A DNA stretch of 38,804 nucleotides, taken from positions 1 through 38,804 of the forward strand of contig DASQNQ010000026.1 of assembly GCA_035644895.1 (NCBI GenBank). Reading direction: 5' to 3'. This document shows, piece after piece, positions 9,903 through 18,314 of the stretch (within the stretch, counting starts at the first letter, position 1; every line of letters starts with the position of its first letter). Below the pieces are notes generated by a model. It worked only from the letters and a program-made list of their open reading frames with translations, was not told where the DNA came from and searched no databases. This stretch comes from Acetobacteraceae bacterium (GTDB lineage Bacteria; Pseudomonadota; Alphaproteobacteria; Acetobacterales; Acetobacteraceae). Position numbers and translations under genes: made by a program.

Positions 9903-10564
9903 GCGGAAAGCTCCACGGAGAGGAACTGCAGCGTTCGGGACCGCGCGAGCTCGGCATCCGCCTGCACGTAGCTCGCACGCTCCTCGCAGCCGAAGCCGTG
10001 GCCGGCGCCCGGGTAGACGAACACCTCCGCATCCGGCTGCGCGGCACGTATGGCCTCCACGTCCGAGAGCGGGATGGAGGCGTCGGTCTCCCCGAAGTGG
10101 AGCTGCACGGGGCAGTGCGGCGCCTCGTCCTTCGCCGCGGCGATGCCGCCGCCATACCAGCCGACTGCGGCCGAGAAGCGGCGCGTGCGGGTCGCGCCCC
10201 ACCACGCCACGGTGCCGCCCCAGCAGTAGCCGACGATCCCGAGCTTGGCGCACATGCCGAGCGCGTCAGCCGCGGCCTCGATGTCGGCCAGCGTCGCCTC
10301 GGCTGCGATGCGCCCGCGCAGCTCGCGCCCGCGCGCCACGTCCTCCGGGCCGTAGCCAAGCTCCACACCCCGCTCCGTCCGGTCGAACAGGGCCGGGCAG
10401 ATGACGGCATAGCCGTCGGCCGCGAAGCGCTCGCACACGCCGCGCATGTGCCGGTTCACGCCGAAGATCTCCTGCACGACCACCAGCCCGCGCGGGGCGT
10501 CCTGCGGGCCCGTGCGCCAGGCAGCGAGGCGGTGCCCGTCGGCCGCCGTCAGCTCCGTCCACAT
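9899..10564 (-). CDS. Dienelactone hydrolase family protein
   Basis: VVVQEIFGVN, GYCWGG nucleophile, GETDASI and YPGAGHGF motifs. Confidence 0.93.
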   Translation of the reverse strand: MWTELTAADGHRLAAWRTGPQDAPRGLVVVQEIFGVNRHMRGVCERFAADGYAVICPALFDRTERGVELGYGPEDVARGRELRGRIAAEATLADIEAAADALGMCAKLGIVGYCWGGTVAWWGATRTRRFSAAVGWYGGGIAAAKDEAPHCPVQLHFGETDASIPLSDVEAIRAAQPDAEVFVYPGAGHGFGCEERASYVQADAELARSRTLQFLSVELSA

Positions 10565-10604
10565 CGCATTTGCTCCCCCTGTTGCGGAGCGCTAGCTTCG
10601 CCGC

Positions 10605-10790
10605 ATGGCCGAGATCGTCAACCTGCGCCAGGCGCGCAAGCAGCGGGCCCGCCGAGAGGCCGAGGACGCCGCCAGCGCGAACCGCGCGAAGCATGGCCGC
10701 ACCCGGGCGGAGCGGGAAGCGGAGGCGCGGCGCGAGGCGGAGCGGCGCAGGCTGCTCGACGGCGCGCGGCTCGGCAAGCCGGAGGGGTAG
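10605..10790 (+). CDS. DUF4169 family protein
   Basis: MAEIVNLRQARK...ANRAKHGRTRAE matches the family pattern. Confidence 0.85.
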   Translation: MAEIVNLRQARKQRARREAEDAASANRAKHGRTRAEREAEARREAERRRLLDGARLGKPEG

Positions 10791-10807
10791 CCCAAGGGGG
10801 TGGTCCT

Positions 10808-12922
10808 TCAGCGCGGCGGCACGGGCCCGGTGCGCTCGGCCTCGGCGATCAGCGCCACCGCGTCCTCCGGCAGCAGGTGGCGGGCGCGCACCAGCCGGAA
10901 GGCGGCTGCCAGCACGGCCTCCATGTAGGCATCCGGCGTCGGGTAGCGCTCCTCGACCGAGGGGCGCGGGTCGCCGGCCGCCTCGCGCTCCGCGCGCGTC
11001 TGCGCGAAGGGCACGAAGGATCCCATCAGGCTGCACAGCCCCCCGCCGAAGCGCCCGGACGGGTAGAGGTTCCAGCCCGTGTAGGTGCCGAGCGGGACGG
11101 CGAGCTGGAGGGAGCGGATGCCGGCGATGTCGTTCCCGTCCCCATCCACCTGCGGCACCAGCACCGGGTACTCCGGCTGGCCGATGCCCGGCGGCTCCCG
11201 GTTCGCGATGCCCGAGAGGTTCGCGGCGTCGAAGGAGGGCCCGTGGTCCAGCAGGTGCAGCGGGTTGGCGATGCCCGTGTAGCGCAGCGGCGGCCGCGCC
11301 ACGCCGAAGTAGCGGTTGGCCGGGATGGGGGGGAAGCGCACCTCCGGCGGGCGCACCAGCGTGCCGTCGGCGATGCGCGGCACGGCGGAGGGCGGCGGCT
11401 CCCGCCCCTCCGTCACCCAGTCCATCAGCGCGACGAGCAGCGCGCGCATGGCATGCAGCTGCGGGTTCGGGTTGGGCAACTGCGTGCAACCGATCACGGC
11501 CGGGTCGGTGGGCAGGCGCCCCGCCCAGGCGCCGTGCTGCGTGCCGGCAAGCAGGTACTGCCGCACCCACTCGGGCTCCGGCAGGTCGGCGCGGCCGAGC
11601 GGGTCTGTCAGCGCCAGGCTCTGCCGCCCCTCCCACATCTCGAGCGCGCTCGCGGCATGGATGAGCCTTGGGCAGGTGCCGCTTTCGGTGCAGCGGTCCA
11701 TGATGCCCTGGGTCCGCTCGGTGACGGGGTCCGTGACGCGGCTGTAGGCCCAGGGAAAGTCGTAGGCGGGGTAGAGGTTGTCCACCTGGTGGCCCCAGGC
11801 GCGCCCCGGCTGGCCGAAGCGGGTGTTCAGCGGCAGCCGCCCCGCGGCGACGTGCGCGATCGCGCCGTCGAAAACCCGGCGGCCGGTCAGCCCCTCGTTG
11901 AAGCCGAGATGGAGGAAGGTGCGCAGCATGCGCCCGGACTGGGACGTGCCGTGCACCACCGTCGTCCAGCCGCCCGGCCGCGGCAGGGGATGCGCCGCCC
12001 CCGTCCCGCGCTTGAGGTAGGCGCCCAGGTCGCGCATCGCCGCGAAGCCGAGGCCGAGCACCAGCGGGTCCCGCGCCCGGTAGACCAGCTCGTAGAGTTG
12101 GCCCGGCTCGAAGCCGCCCGGCATGCAGATCTCGGTGGCGGAGGCGCGCAGCGGCCTCCCCTCGTGGCAGGCACCGAAGGACCAGGCCTCGGGCGCGATG
12201 GGGCGGCGCGGCGCCTGCTGGTGGGCGCGCACCGTCAGGATGGGGCGGAAGCCCTCCGGCCCCGGCGCGTCGCTGCCCTGGGTGGCGGACGGGTAGGCGC
12301 GGTGCGTGGGTCCGGCGAGGCCGCCCTGCGCCAGCCCGACGGTGGTGGTGGCCGTGGGCACCACGAACTCCGCCCGCACCGTGCCGGTGATGGAGGCGCC
12401 ATCCGGCGCCTGGGCCACCGGCACGCGCAGGCGCAGCCGCCCCTCGCCCGGCAGCAGGTCGCCCTGCCAGCCGAAGGCCACGAGCACGAGGCCGCGCCGC
12501 ATGAGGAACCCGTCGCCCGGATCCACCCCCGCATTCCCACCCGGCGCGCCGTTGTAGGTCGAGAGCAGGCGCCGGTTGCCGCGGTTGACGATGTCGAAGA
12601 GGAGGACCCCTGCTGCCTTCGCAGGATCGGCGGGGCGGAAGATCTCGACCTCCGTCTCGTACTCCACCCGGCCGCGCGCGTTGCGCGGGGCAAGGGCGAT
12701 GTCCTGGATGAGGACGTTGCGCGGGTGGGCCGGGTCGACCTCGCCATAGGCGCGGGCGACGACGCGCTGGTAGGGGCCGGCATCGCCGAAGGCCCGGCCA
12801 CCGAAGGCGGGTTCCACGCGCAGCACCTCGAAGCCGGTGATGCGCGCCGAAGCTGGCAGGGGAGCCAGCAGGAGCGCGAGCAGGCCGGCCAGGAGGAGGA
12901 GGGGGGCGGTCAGGCGGGGCAT
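10808..12922 (-). CDS. Secreted alpha/beta-hydrolase-domain protein (about 704 aa)
   Basis: Signal peptide, NRGN, GWQGD, GLGFAAMRD, GTSQSGR nucleophile elbow, GTQH, VPQVDGDGN and PLGTYTGWN motifs. ATG at 12922. Confidence 0.85.
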   Translation of the reverse strand: MPRLTAPLLLLAGLLALLLAPLPASARITGFEVLRVEPAFGGRAFGDAGPYQRVVARAYGEVDPAHPRNVLIQDIALAPRNARGRVEYETEVEIFRPADPAKAAGVLLFDIVNRGNRRLLSTYNGAPGGNAGVDPGDGFLMRRGLVLVAFGWQGDLLPGEGRLRLRVPVAQAPDGASITGTVRAEFVVPTATTTVGLAQGGLAGPTHRAYPSATQGSDAPGPEGFRPILTVRAHQQAPRRPIAPEAWSFGACHEGRPLRASATEICMPGGFEPGQLYELVYRARDPLVLGLGFAAMRDLGAYLKRGTGAAHPLPRPGGWTTVVHGTSQSGRMLRTFLHLGFNEGLTGRRVFDGAIAHVAAGRLPLNTRFGQPGRAWGHQVDNLYPAYDFPWAYSRVTDPVTERTQGIMDRCTESGTCPRLIHAASALEMWEGRQSLALTDPLGRADLPEPEWVRQYLLAGTQHGAWAGRLPTDPAVIGCTQLPNPNPQLHAMRALLVALMDWVTEGREPPPSAVPRIADGTLVRPPEVRFPPIPANRYFGVARPPLRYTGIANPLHLLDHGPSFDAANLSGIANREPPGIGQPEYPVLVPQVDGDGNDIAGIRSLQLAVPLGTYTGWNLYPSGRFGGGLCSLMGSFVPFAQTRAEREAAGDPRPSVEERYPTPDAYMEAVLAAAFRLVRARHLLPEDAVALIAEAERTGPVPPR

Positions 12923-12980
12923 GGGCTGGGGACAACCTGCCCCGCAGGACACAGGCTCTGCAACCAGGGATGCCGCGGGA

Positions 12981-13000
12981 CAGGGGGCAGGCGCCCCCTG
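12981..13000. terminator. GC-rich hairpin downstream of PRC-barrel gene
   Basis: CAGGGGGC-aggc-GCCCCCTG with no U tract. Confidence 0.35.
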
Positions 13001-13012
13001 CCGAGGCGTGGC

Positions 13013-13891
13013 TCAGCCGCCCTCGTAGCGGAACTCGGGCATCGAGCGCACGCCCTCTCGCGTCGCACCCTGGAGCATCCAGCGGTCGCGGTCGTTGTTC
13101 CGCTGCAGCCGGTCGTAGGGCACCGCGACGAGCCGCGCGCCGATGCCGAGGAAGCCGCCGACCGACAGCACCGCCATGGGCTGGCCGCCGCCCTGCGGGA
13201 TCAGGATGTCCTCGACCTCCCCGATGCTCTCGTTGTTCTCGTTGTAGACGGCCGAGCCGATGACGCGCGAGGCGCGGCGGGCATTGCGCGCCATGGCGTT
13301 GTCGGCCGCCATGCCCGCCCCGGCCGAGGCGCCCGTGGTCGCGGCGGCGCCGGATTGCGCGGCTGGGTTGTCGCCGCGCCCCTGTGCGCCCGTCCGCGCC
13401 TGCGAGCCGGTCTCTGCCTGAGCGAGCGTCGGACCGCGGCCGAGCGGGGTGGCGTCCGAACCCTGGCGCCGTCCGGGCTGACCCGGCTCGGGCTGCGGCG
13501 TGCTGCTGCCGCCCACGTTGCCGGAGCTCTGCCCGCCCGGCACGCCAGGCGCTGCGGCGGTGCCGCCGCTGCTCATGGTCGGCGTGCCGCCGGCGGCGCC
13601 GGATTGGTTGTTCGTCGTGCCCTGGCCGCGCATGCCCTGGCCGCCGCTGCCGCCCGTGGCGCTCGGCGCCGCGGAGCCGGCGGTGGACTGGCCGGAGCCC
13701 ATTTCCCGCCCGACCGTCGCGGCGTCGCGCGCCGCCGGGTAGCCGCTCACCGCGCCCTGCTGGGGCGTGGTGGAGGTGGTGGACTGCTGCTGGCTGCTGC
13801 CGCCCGTGTTGGCCTGGCCGTGGGCGAGCAGCGGCGCGGCGCAGACGGCGATGGCCGTGGTCAGTTGCAGAAGGATCTTGTTGTCGAGCAT
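13013..13891 (-). CDS. Secreted PRC-barrel domain protein with long G/S/Q/T low-complexity N-terminus
   Basis: Signal peptide; C-terminal RASRVIGSAVYNENNESIGEVEDILI...AVLSVGGFLGIGARLVAVPY; GGAGG RBS. Confidence 0.9.
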   Translation of the reverse strand: MLDNKILLQLTTAIAVCAAPLLAHGQANTGGSSQQQSTTSTTPQQGAVSGYPAARDAATVGREMGSGQSTAGSAAPSATGGSGGQGMRGQGTTNNQSGAAGGTPTMSSGGTAAAPGVPGGQSSGNVGGSSTPQPEPGQPGRRQGSDATPLGRGPTLAQAETGSQARTGAQGRGDNPAAQSGAAATTGASAGAGMAADNAMARNARRASRVIGSAVYNENNESIGEVEDILIPQGGGQPMAVLSVGGFLGIGARLVAVPYDRLQRNNDRDRWMLQGATREGVRSMPEFRYEGG

Positions 13892-13947
13892 CTGGCGTGC
13901 CTCCGTGGGGCCCGGCCGGGGCCGGGCCGTGTTCCGTCAGGCATGGG

Positions 13948-13973
13948 AACGCCCGCCCGGAGCGGGGGGTTGC
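13948..13973 (-). promoter_or_regulatory. EcfG (general stress sigma)-like promoter for PRC-barrel gene
   Basis: Minus strand GCAAC-N17-CGTT versus consensus GGAAC-N16/17-CGTT, about 57 bp upstream of the ATG. Confidence 0.55.
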
Positions 13974-13978
13974 CCCCC

Positions 13979-14809
13979 TTAGGCCCGCAGCCGCCAGCCC
14001 CGGCGCACGAGGCGGAGCGCGAGCCACCAGAGCAGCCCGTTCACCGCCAGCAGCGCGAGCAGGCCCGCCCAGGTCACCCCCTCCGCATGGCCCGTCAGGC
14101 CCGCGCGGAAGCCGTCGATCATCCAGAACAGCGGGTCCGCATGGGCGACCCATTGCAGCGGCTCCGGCAGGCGCTCCACCGCGTAGAAGGTGCCGGAGAG
14201 GAACGCCAGGGGCGTGATCACGAAGTTGGTCACCGTCGCCATCTGGTCGAATTTCTGGGCCCACAGCCCGCCCAGCACGCCGAGCAGCGCGAGAAGCAGC
14301 GACCCCAGCACCGCGAAGGCCAGCGCCGTGAGGGGCGAGGGCACGGGGAAGCCCACCAGCGGCCACATCGCGGCCAGCACCACGGCGGCGACGGCCAGGC
14401 CCCGCACCACGCCGCCCGCCACCATGCCGGCCAGGAAGGCGGCCGGCGGCAGGGGCGCCATCAGCAGGTCCACGATGTTGCCCTGCACCTTCATGATCAC
14501 GAGGGAGGAGGAGGTGTTGGCGAAGGCGTTCTGCGCGAGCGCCATCATCACCAGCCCCGCGCCGAGGAACTGGATGTAGGGGATGCCCCCGACCTCCTTC
14601 TTCGTCTCGCCGAGCGCGAGCGCGAAGACGGCCAGGAACAGCAGCGTGGTCACCACCGGCGCGCCGAGGGTCTGCGCCCAGACCTTCAGGAAGCGCCGGC
14701 ACTCCCGCCCCGCCAGTGCCCGGAAGCCCTGGAGGGCCGAGGCGGTGCGCGAGGTGCCGGCGAGCGACGCGGCAGGCGGCGTGAGGGGGCGCGGGGGATG
14801 GGTCGTCAT
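13979..14809 (-). CDS. ABC-2 type transporter permease (YadH-like)
   Basis: RECRRFLKVWAQT, QNAFANTSSSL, GNIVDLLMAPL, PLAFLSGTFY and MIDGFRAG motifs. Start 14809 (alternative 14824). Confidence 0.9.
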   Translation of the reverse strand: MTTHPPRPLTPPAASLAGTSRTASALQGFRALAGRECRRFLKVWAQTLGAPVVTTLLFLAVFALALGETKKEVGGIPYIQFLGAGLVMMALAQNAFANTSSSLVIMKVQGNIVDLLMAPLPPAAFLAGMVAGGVVRGLAVAAVVLAAMWPLVGFPVPSPLTALAFAVLGSLLLALLGVLGGLWAQKFDQMATVTNFVITPLAFLSGTFYAVERLPEPLQWVAHADPLFWMIDGFRAGLTGHAEGVTWAGLLALLAVNGLLWWLALRLVRRGWRLRA

Positions 14810-14838
14810 GGGGCCGCGGACCATGGCAGACTGCGCCG

Positions 14839-15432
14839 ATGGCACAAGAGAGGCGCCGCCGCACCGGCCCCGTTCCCGCGGGACCGCCCCCCGATGCCGC
14901 GCGCCTGCGCGAGGCGGCGCTGGCCCACCTGGCCCGCTTCGCCGCGACCGAGGTCGGTCTGCGCCGCGTGCTGACCCGCCGCGTGGACCGCTGGGCCCGC
15001 CGCGCGGAGGCCGAGGGGCGGGAGGTCGCCGCCGAGGTCGCCGCCGGCCGCGCCGCCGCCGCCACGATTGCACGTGAGATGGTGGCCGCCGGCGCGGTGG
15101 ACGACGCCGCCTTCGCAGAGAGCCGCGCCCGCCGCCTGGCCCGCACCGGCCGGTCCCGCCGCGCGACCCTGGCGCACCTGGCGGCCAAGGGCGTGGGCGC
15201 CGAGACGGCCGCCGCCGCCCTCCCCGAGGGCGGGGAGCTGGACGCCGCGCTCGCCTTCTGCCGCCGCCGCCGCATCGGCCCCTTCGCCCGAACGGAGGAG
15301 GGGCCGGAGGCACGGGCCAGGGCGCTCGGCGCGCTTGGCCGCGGGGGCTTCCCGCGGGAGGTGGCGGAGCGCGCGCTGCGGATGGACCCCGCCGAGGCCG
15401 AGGACCGGCTGATCGCGGTGCGGCAGGGATGA
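14839..15432 (+). CDS. recX: RecX family regulatory protein
   Basis: ALAHLARFAATEVGLRRVL, VDDAAFAE, GRSRR, RRRRIGPF and LGRGGF, typical of alphaproteobacterial RecX. Confidence 0.85.
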   Translation: MAQERRRRTGPVPAGPPPDAARLREAALAHLARFAATEVGLRRVLTRRVDRWARRAEAEGREVAAEVAAGRAAAATIAREMVAAGAVDDAAFAESRARRLARTGRSRRATLAHLAAKGVGAETAAAALPEGGELDAALAFCRRRRIGPFARTEEGPEARARALGALGRGGFPREVAERALRMDPAEAEDRLIAVRQG

Positions 15433-16130
15433 CGGTCACCTTCACCCGCGCGGGCTTCGCGCGGGGCTTCCGCAAGGCGCTGCCGCTCTGGCTCGGCATG
15501 GCGCCGTTCGGGCTGCTGGTCGGGCTGCTGTCGGATGCGAAGGGCCTCTCCTTTGTCGAGGCCATGCTGATGACGACGCTGCTCTATGCCGGCGCGGCGC
15601 AACTGCTGGTGCTGGAGCTGTGGACCGACCCGGCGCCGGTGCTGGCCGCGACGGGGGCGGCGTTCCTGGTCAACCTGCGCATGGCGCCGATGGGGGCGGC
15701 GCTGGCGCCCTGGCTCGACCGGCTGCGGGGCTGGCGGCTTTGGGGGACGCTGGCGACGCTGGTGGACCACTCCTTCGCCCTGTCGGTCGCGGAGCAGCGC
15801 GCGGGCGGGCGGGATGCGGGGTTCCTGCTCGGCGTCGGCGTCTCGCTCTGGGTGGCGTGGGCGGCGGTGGTGGCGGCGGGCTATGCGCTGGGCAGCACGG
15901 TGCGGCTGCCGCCGGGCCACCCGCTGTTCTTCGCGGCGACGGCGGCGTTCCTGTCCATCCTCGTGCCGCTGTGGCGCGGGGCGCGGACGGACCTGGTGCC
16001 CTGGTTCGTCGCGGGGCTGGTGGCGCTGGCGGCGCACCGGGCGGGGCTGCCCATCCCGCTGCCGCTGCTGCTGGGCACGCTGGCGGGCGCGTCGCTGGGC
16101 GCTGTGCTGGAGCGGAGGCGCGCGCCATGA
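15429..16130 (+). CDS. azlC: AzlC family branched-chain amino acid exporter
   Basis: PFGLLVG, YAGAAQ and LVNLR motifs; hydrophobic; ATGA overlap with recX. Confidence 0.88.
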   Translation: MTVTFTRAGFARGFRKALPLWLGMAPFGLLVGLLSDAKGLSFVEAMLMTTLLYAGAAQLLVLELWTDPAPVLAATGAAFLVNLRMAPMGAALAPWLDRLRGWRLWGTLATLVDHSFALSVAEQRAGGRDAGFLLGVGVSLWVAWAAVVAAGYALGSTVRLPPGHPLFFAATAAFLSILVPLWRGARTDLVPWFVAGLVALAAHRAGLPIPLPLLLGTLAGASLGAVLERRRAP

Positions 16131-16432
16131 GCCTGCGCCCGGACGTGCTGCTGGCGATCCTCGGCATGGCGCTGGTGACCTATGCCGCGCGGGCGGGGGG
16201 CTACGCCGTGCTGCGCGCCCTGCGGCCGCCGCCCTTCGTGGAGGCGGTGCTGCGGCACCTGCCGGGGGCGCTGTTCATGGCCTACGTCACGCCGCCGCTG
16301 GTGGCGGGCGGGCCGGCGGCCTGGGCGGGGGCGGCCTGCGTCGTCGCGGTGCAGCTCCGGACGCGCAACTTCGGGCTGGCCATCGTGACGGGGGTGGCGG
16401 TGGTGTGGGGGTTACAGGCGATGGCGGAGTGA
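16127..16432 (+). CDS. azlD: AzlD family protein
   Basis: ATG at 16127 overlaps the azlC stop. ILGMALVTYAARAGG...LRHLPGALF; 101 aa, hydrophobic. Confidence 0.85.
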   Translation: MSLRPDVLLAILGMALVTYAARAGGYAVLRALRPPPFVEAVLRHLPGALFMAYVTPPLVAGGPAAWAGAACVVAVQLRTRNFGLAIVTGVAVVWGLQAMAE

Positions 16433-16559
16433 CGGGCTGCCGCCGATGAGAACGGGACGTCCGTACCGGACGGGCCATGGCTGTCCCGGCGAACGCAAAG
16501 GATGCCCGGCCTGGGCGGCAAGCGACCGTCGCCCTGCCGAGGCGGCTGGACGCAGGCAC

Positions 16560-16582
16560 CGCGGGGTTGTTGCAACCCCGCG
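16560..16582. terminator. Hairpin downstream of hemerythrin/DUF2382 gene
   Basis: CGCGGGGTTG-ttg-CAACCCCGCG, a perfect 10-bp stem between convergent genes. Confidence 0.5.
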
Positions 16583-16614
16583 AGCACCTGCTCCCATCCT
16601 GCGACGGTGCGCGG

Positions 16615-17820
16615 CTAGCCTTCGATCGTCACCGCGCGGAGCTGCTGTCCGTTGCGCCGGCGGCTCGGCTGCTGGATGTCCACCTCGTCGCGCCGGACCG
16701 TCTCCCGCACCGTCTCGACACGCTGCGTGCGTTCGGTCCGCACCACGACCTCCTCGCGAAGGCGGCGGCTCTTCTGCACGGTCGGGACCTCATCGGTCTC
16801 GACCACCTCGACCGTCACCTCCGTCAGGATCTCGCCCGTCACCTGGTCGGTCACCGGGCGCCGGCGCTCCACCACCACGCGCTCGGTCTGCAGCGTGACC
16901 TGCCGCTCGACGGGGGTTTCGACCACGTAGCGGCGGATGCGCGCCGTGCCGCGGTTCTCCGTGCGCTTGCCGACCTCGAGGACCTCCTCGCCGAGCGGGA
17001 TGACCTCCTCCATGCCGGACACGCCGCGCGCCGTCGTGGAACCGGTCTGCTGCGTGCCCTGCATCGCCCGCAGCCATGGCCACATGAACATGCTGCCCAT
17101 GGCCATCGCCTGGGCCTGCGCGCGTCCGGCTTCACCCATGGATGCGGCCGTGGTCTGGCGGGCGGCCTGCTCGACGGTCTTGGCTGCGGTCGTGACCGGC
17201 TTCAGCGCGGCGTCGGCGAGCTGGCGAGCCTCGGCGCGCACGCGCTGCTCGGCGGCGGCCTGCGCCCGCTCGGCCTTCGCGGCCTCCTGCTCCCGCAGCT
17301 CGGCCTGGCGGGCCAGGAACTCGGCCTGCTCGCGCTCCTGCCGGGCCTTTGCCCGGCGATCCTCGGCCTCATCCTGCCTGGCCTGCTCGGCCTCGGCGAG
17401 GCCCGCCTCCATCCTCTCCGTGACGCCCTGGACCTGCTCCTCGCTCAGCGCACGCTGCACGGCCGGCAGAAGCTCCTTCCTCTCGTCGCGGGCATGCTGG
17501 CGGAAGGCCTTCTGCACCTCGGAGAGGCGCGCCATGAACGCCGCGTCGTTCTTCGGCATGCCGTCGAGCTCCGCGAGGGCCGCGCGCAACTCCTTGTTGT
17601 CCCGGATCGCGTCGGCGACCAGCTCCTTCGTCTCGGGATTGCGCCGGAGGACGGGGAAGAGGTGCTGCTCCTCGAGGCTGCTGTGGAGCTCCAGTTCAGC
17701 CTTGAGCTCCGCGTAGAGCTTCTCCCGCGTCTTCACTGCGCCATCCGAGGTTTCGGACAGCCTGGCGAACAGCTCGTTGGCTTTGACGGGACCGGCTTGC
17801 ATCAGGGTTCGGAGGTTCAT
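16615..17820 (-). CDS. Hemerythrin-like domain + coiled coil + YsnF/AvaK (DUF2382) fusion protein (401 aa)
   Basis: ELELHSSLEEQHLFP and FRQHARDERKELLP hemerythrin-like helices; C-terminal EEVIPLGEEVLEVGKR...RYVVETPVERQVTL...VRETVRRDEVDI. ATG at 17820. Confidence 0.85.
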   Translation of the reverse strand: MNLRTLMQAGPVKANELFARLSETSDGAVKTREKLYAELKAELELHSSLEEQHLFPVLRRNPETKELVADAIRDNKELRAALAELDGMPKNDAAFMARLSEVQKAFRQHARDERKELLPAVQRALSEEQVQGVTERMEAGLAEAEQARQDEAEDRRAKARQEREQAEFLARQAELREQEAAKAERAQAAAEQRVRAEARQLADAALKPVTTAAKTVEQAARQTTAASMGEAGRAQAQAMAMGSMFMWPWLRAMQGTQQTGSTTARGVSGMEEVIPLGEEVLEVGKRTENRGTARIRRYVVETPVERQVTLQTERVVVERRRPVTDQVTGEILTEVTVEVVETDEVPTVQKSRRLREEVVVRTERTQRVETVRETVRRDEVDIQQPSRRRNGQQLRAVTIEG

Positions 17821-17910
17821 GATACTGCTTTCGAAATAATGATGTTCGGCCAAGCATTCGCCAGATCGAGGGGTCGGCTTGACGGAAAGGGAGTGCTGCA
17901 ACGCTGATGT

Positions 17911-17922
17911 TGCACTGCAGCA
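17911..17922. promoter_or_regulatory. PhaR-like operator
   Basis: TGCACTGCAGCA fits the TGCRNYGCASMA PhaR consensus described for Bradyrhizobium. It overlaps the inverted repeat TGCAAC-N6-GTTGCA (17897-17914). Confidence 0.45.
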
Positions 17923-17926
17923 TGAC

Positions 17927-17951
17927 AACGTGGCCGCCACAACCGAGTTGC
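17927..17951 (-). promoter_or_regulatory. EcfG-like promoter for hemerythrin/DUF2382 gene
   Basis: Minus strand GCAAC-N16-CGTT. Confidence 0.55.
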
Positions 17952-18139
17952 ATTGCGGCGGGCTGGAATTTTCTACTTTCCAGATCGTGCCGGCTGAATC
18001 CGTTCCGACAGCAGCGGCAAAGCTGGCCGGCGGCGTCGTGAAGCTCCGAACCGCTACGGAAGCGGAGCCGGGTCGCTGGCCTGCCGGTCGGCCCAGGGCC
18101 GCTTTCGGGCCGAGTGTGGGCACCCGCGCCGGCCAACGC

Positions 18140-18169
18140 TTGACCCCAGCGCCTCGCCCTCAGCATATG
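18140..18169 (+). promoter_or_regulatory. Putative sigma70 promoter of ileS operon
   Basis: TTGACC at 18140-18145, then GCATATG at 18163-18169 (17-18 bp spacer). Confidence 0.55.
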
Positions 18170-18175
18170 TCCCCC

Positions 18176-18234
18176 ATGTCCAGGGTGTCCCCTCCGCGGC
18201 GAATTACCGACCCGGCCTTCGCCTGAAGGCCGGG
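18176..18234 (+). promoter_or_regulatory. Candidate ileS leader: 16-aa peptide [16 protein letters not shown] (18176-18226) plus hairpin (18211-18234)
   Basis: ATG lies at the predicted +1; single ATT Ile codon; perfect stem CCCGGCCTTC-gcct-GAAGGCCGGG contains the stop codon. Confidence 0.5.
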
Positions 18235-18314
18235 ATCTCCTTCGCCCCACCCGCAACGCCGGCCGCCCGCAGCGGCGGGCCTGGCCCCAGACACGGCACC
18301 CGAGACGCACCCCG

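Noticed and set aside
9101-14974. 1957-aa plus-strand ORF
   Set aside because: R/A/G/P-rich shadow frame overlapping six well-supported genes; stop-free frames are expected at this GC content.
13979-15432. Orphan ABC-2 permease, and recX without recA
   Set aside because: Both arrangements are ordinary in alphaproteobacteria.
10266-16037. 1923-aa minus-strand ORF
   Set aside because: Off-frame or antisense to the hydrolase, PRC-barrel, permease, recX and azlC genes; no domain motifs.
16433-16614. Possible sORF or sRNA, and a GCAAC-N16-CGTC motif, between azlD and the hemerythrin gene
   Set aside because: The motif lies in the terminator-like hairpin and would point antisense into azlD; no convincing RBS or ORF.
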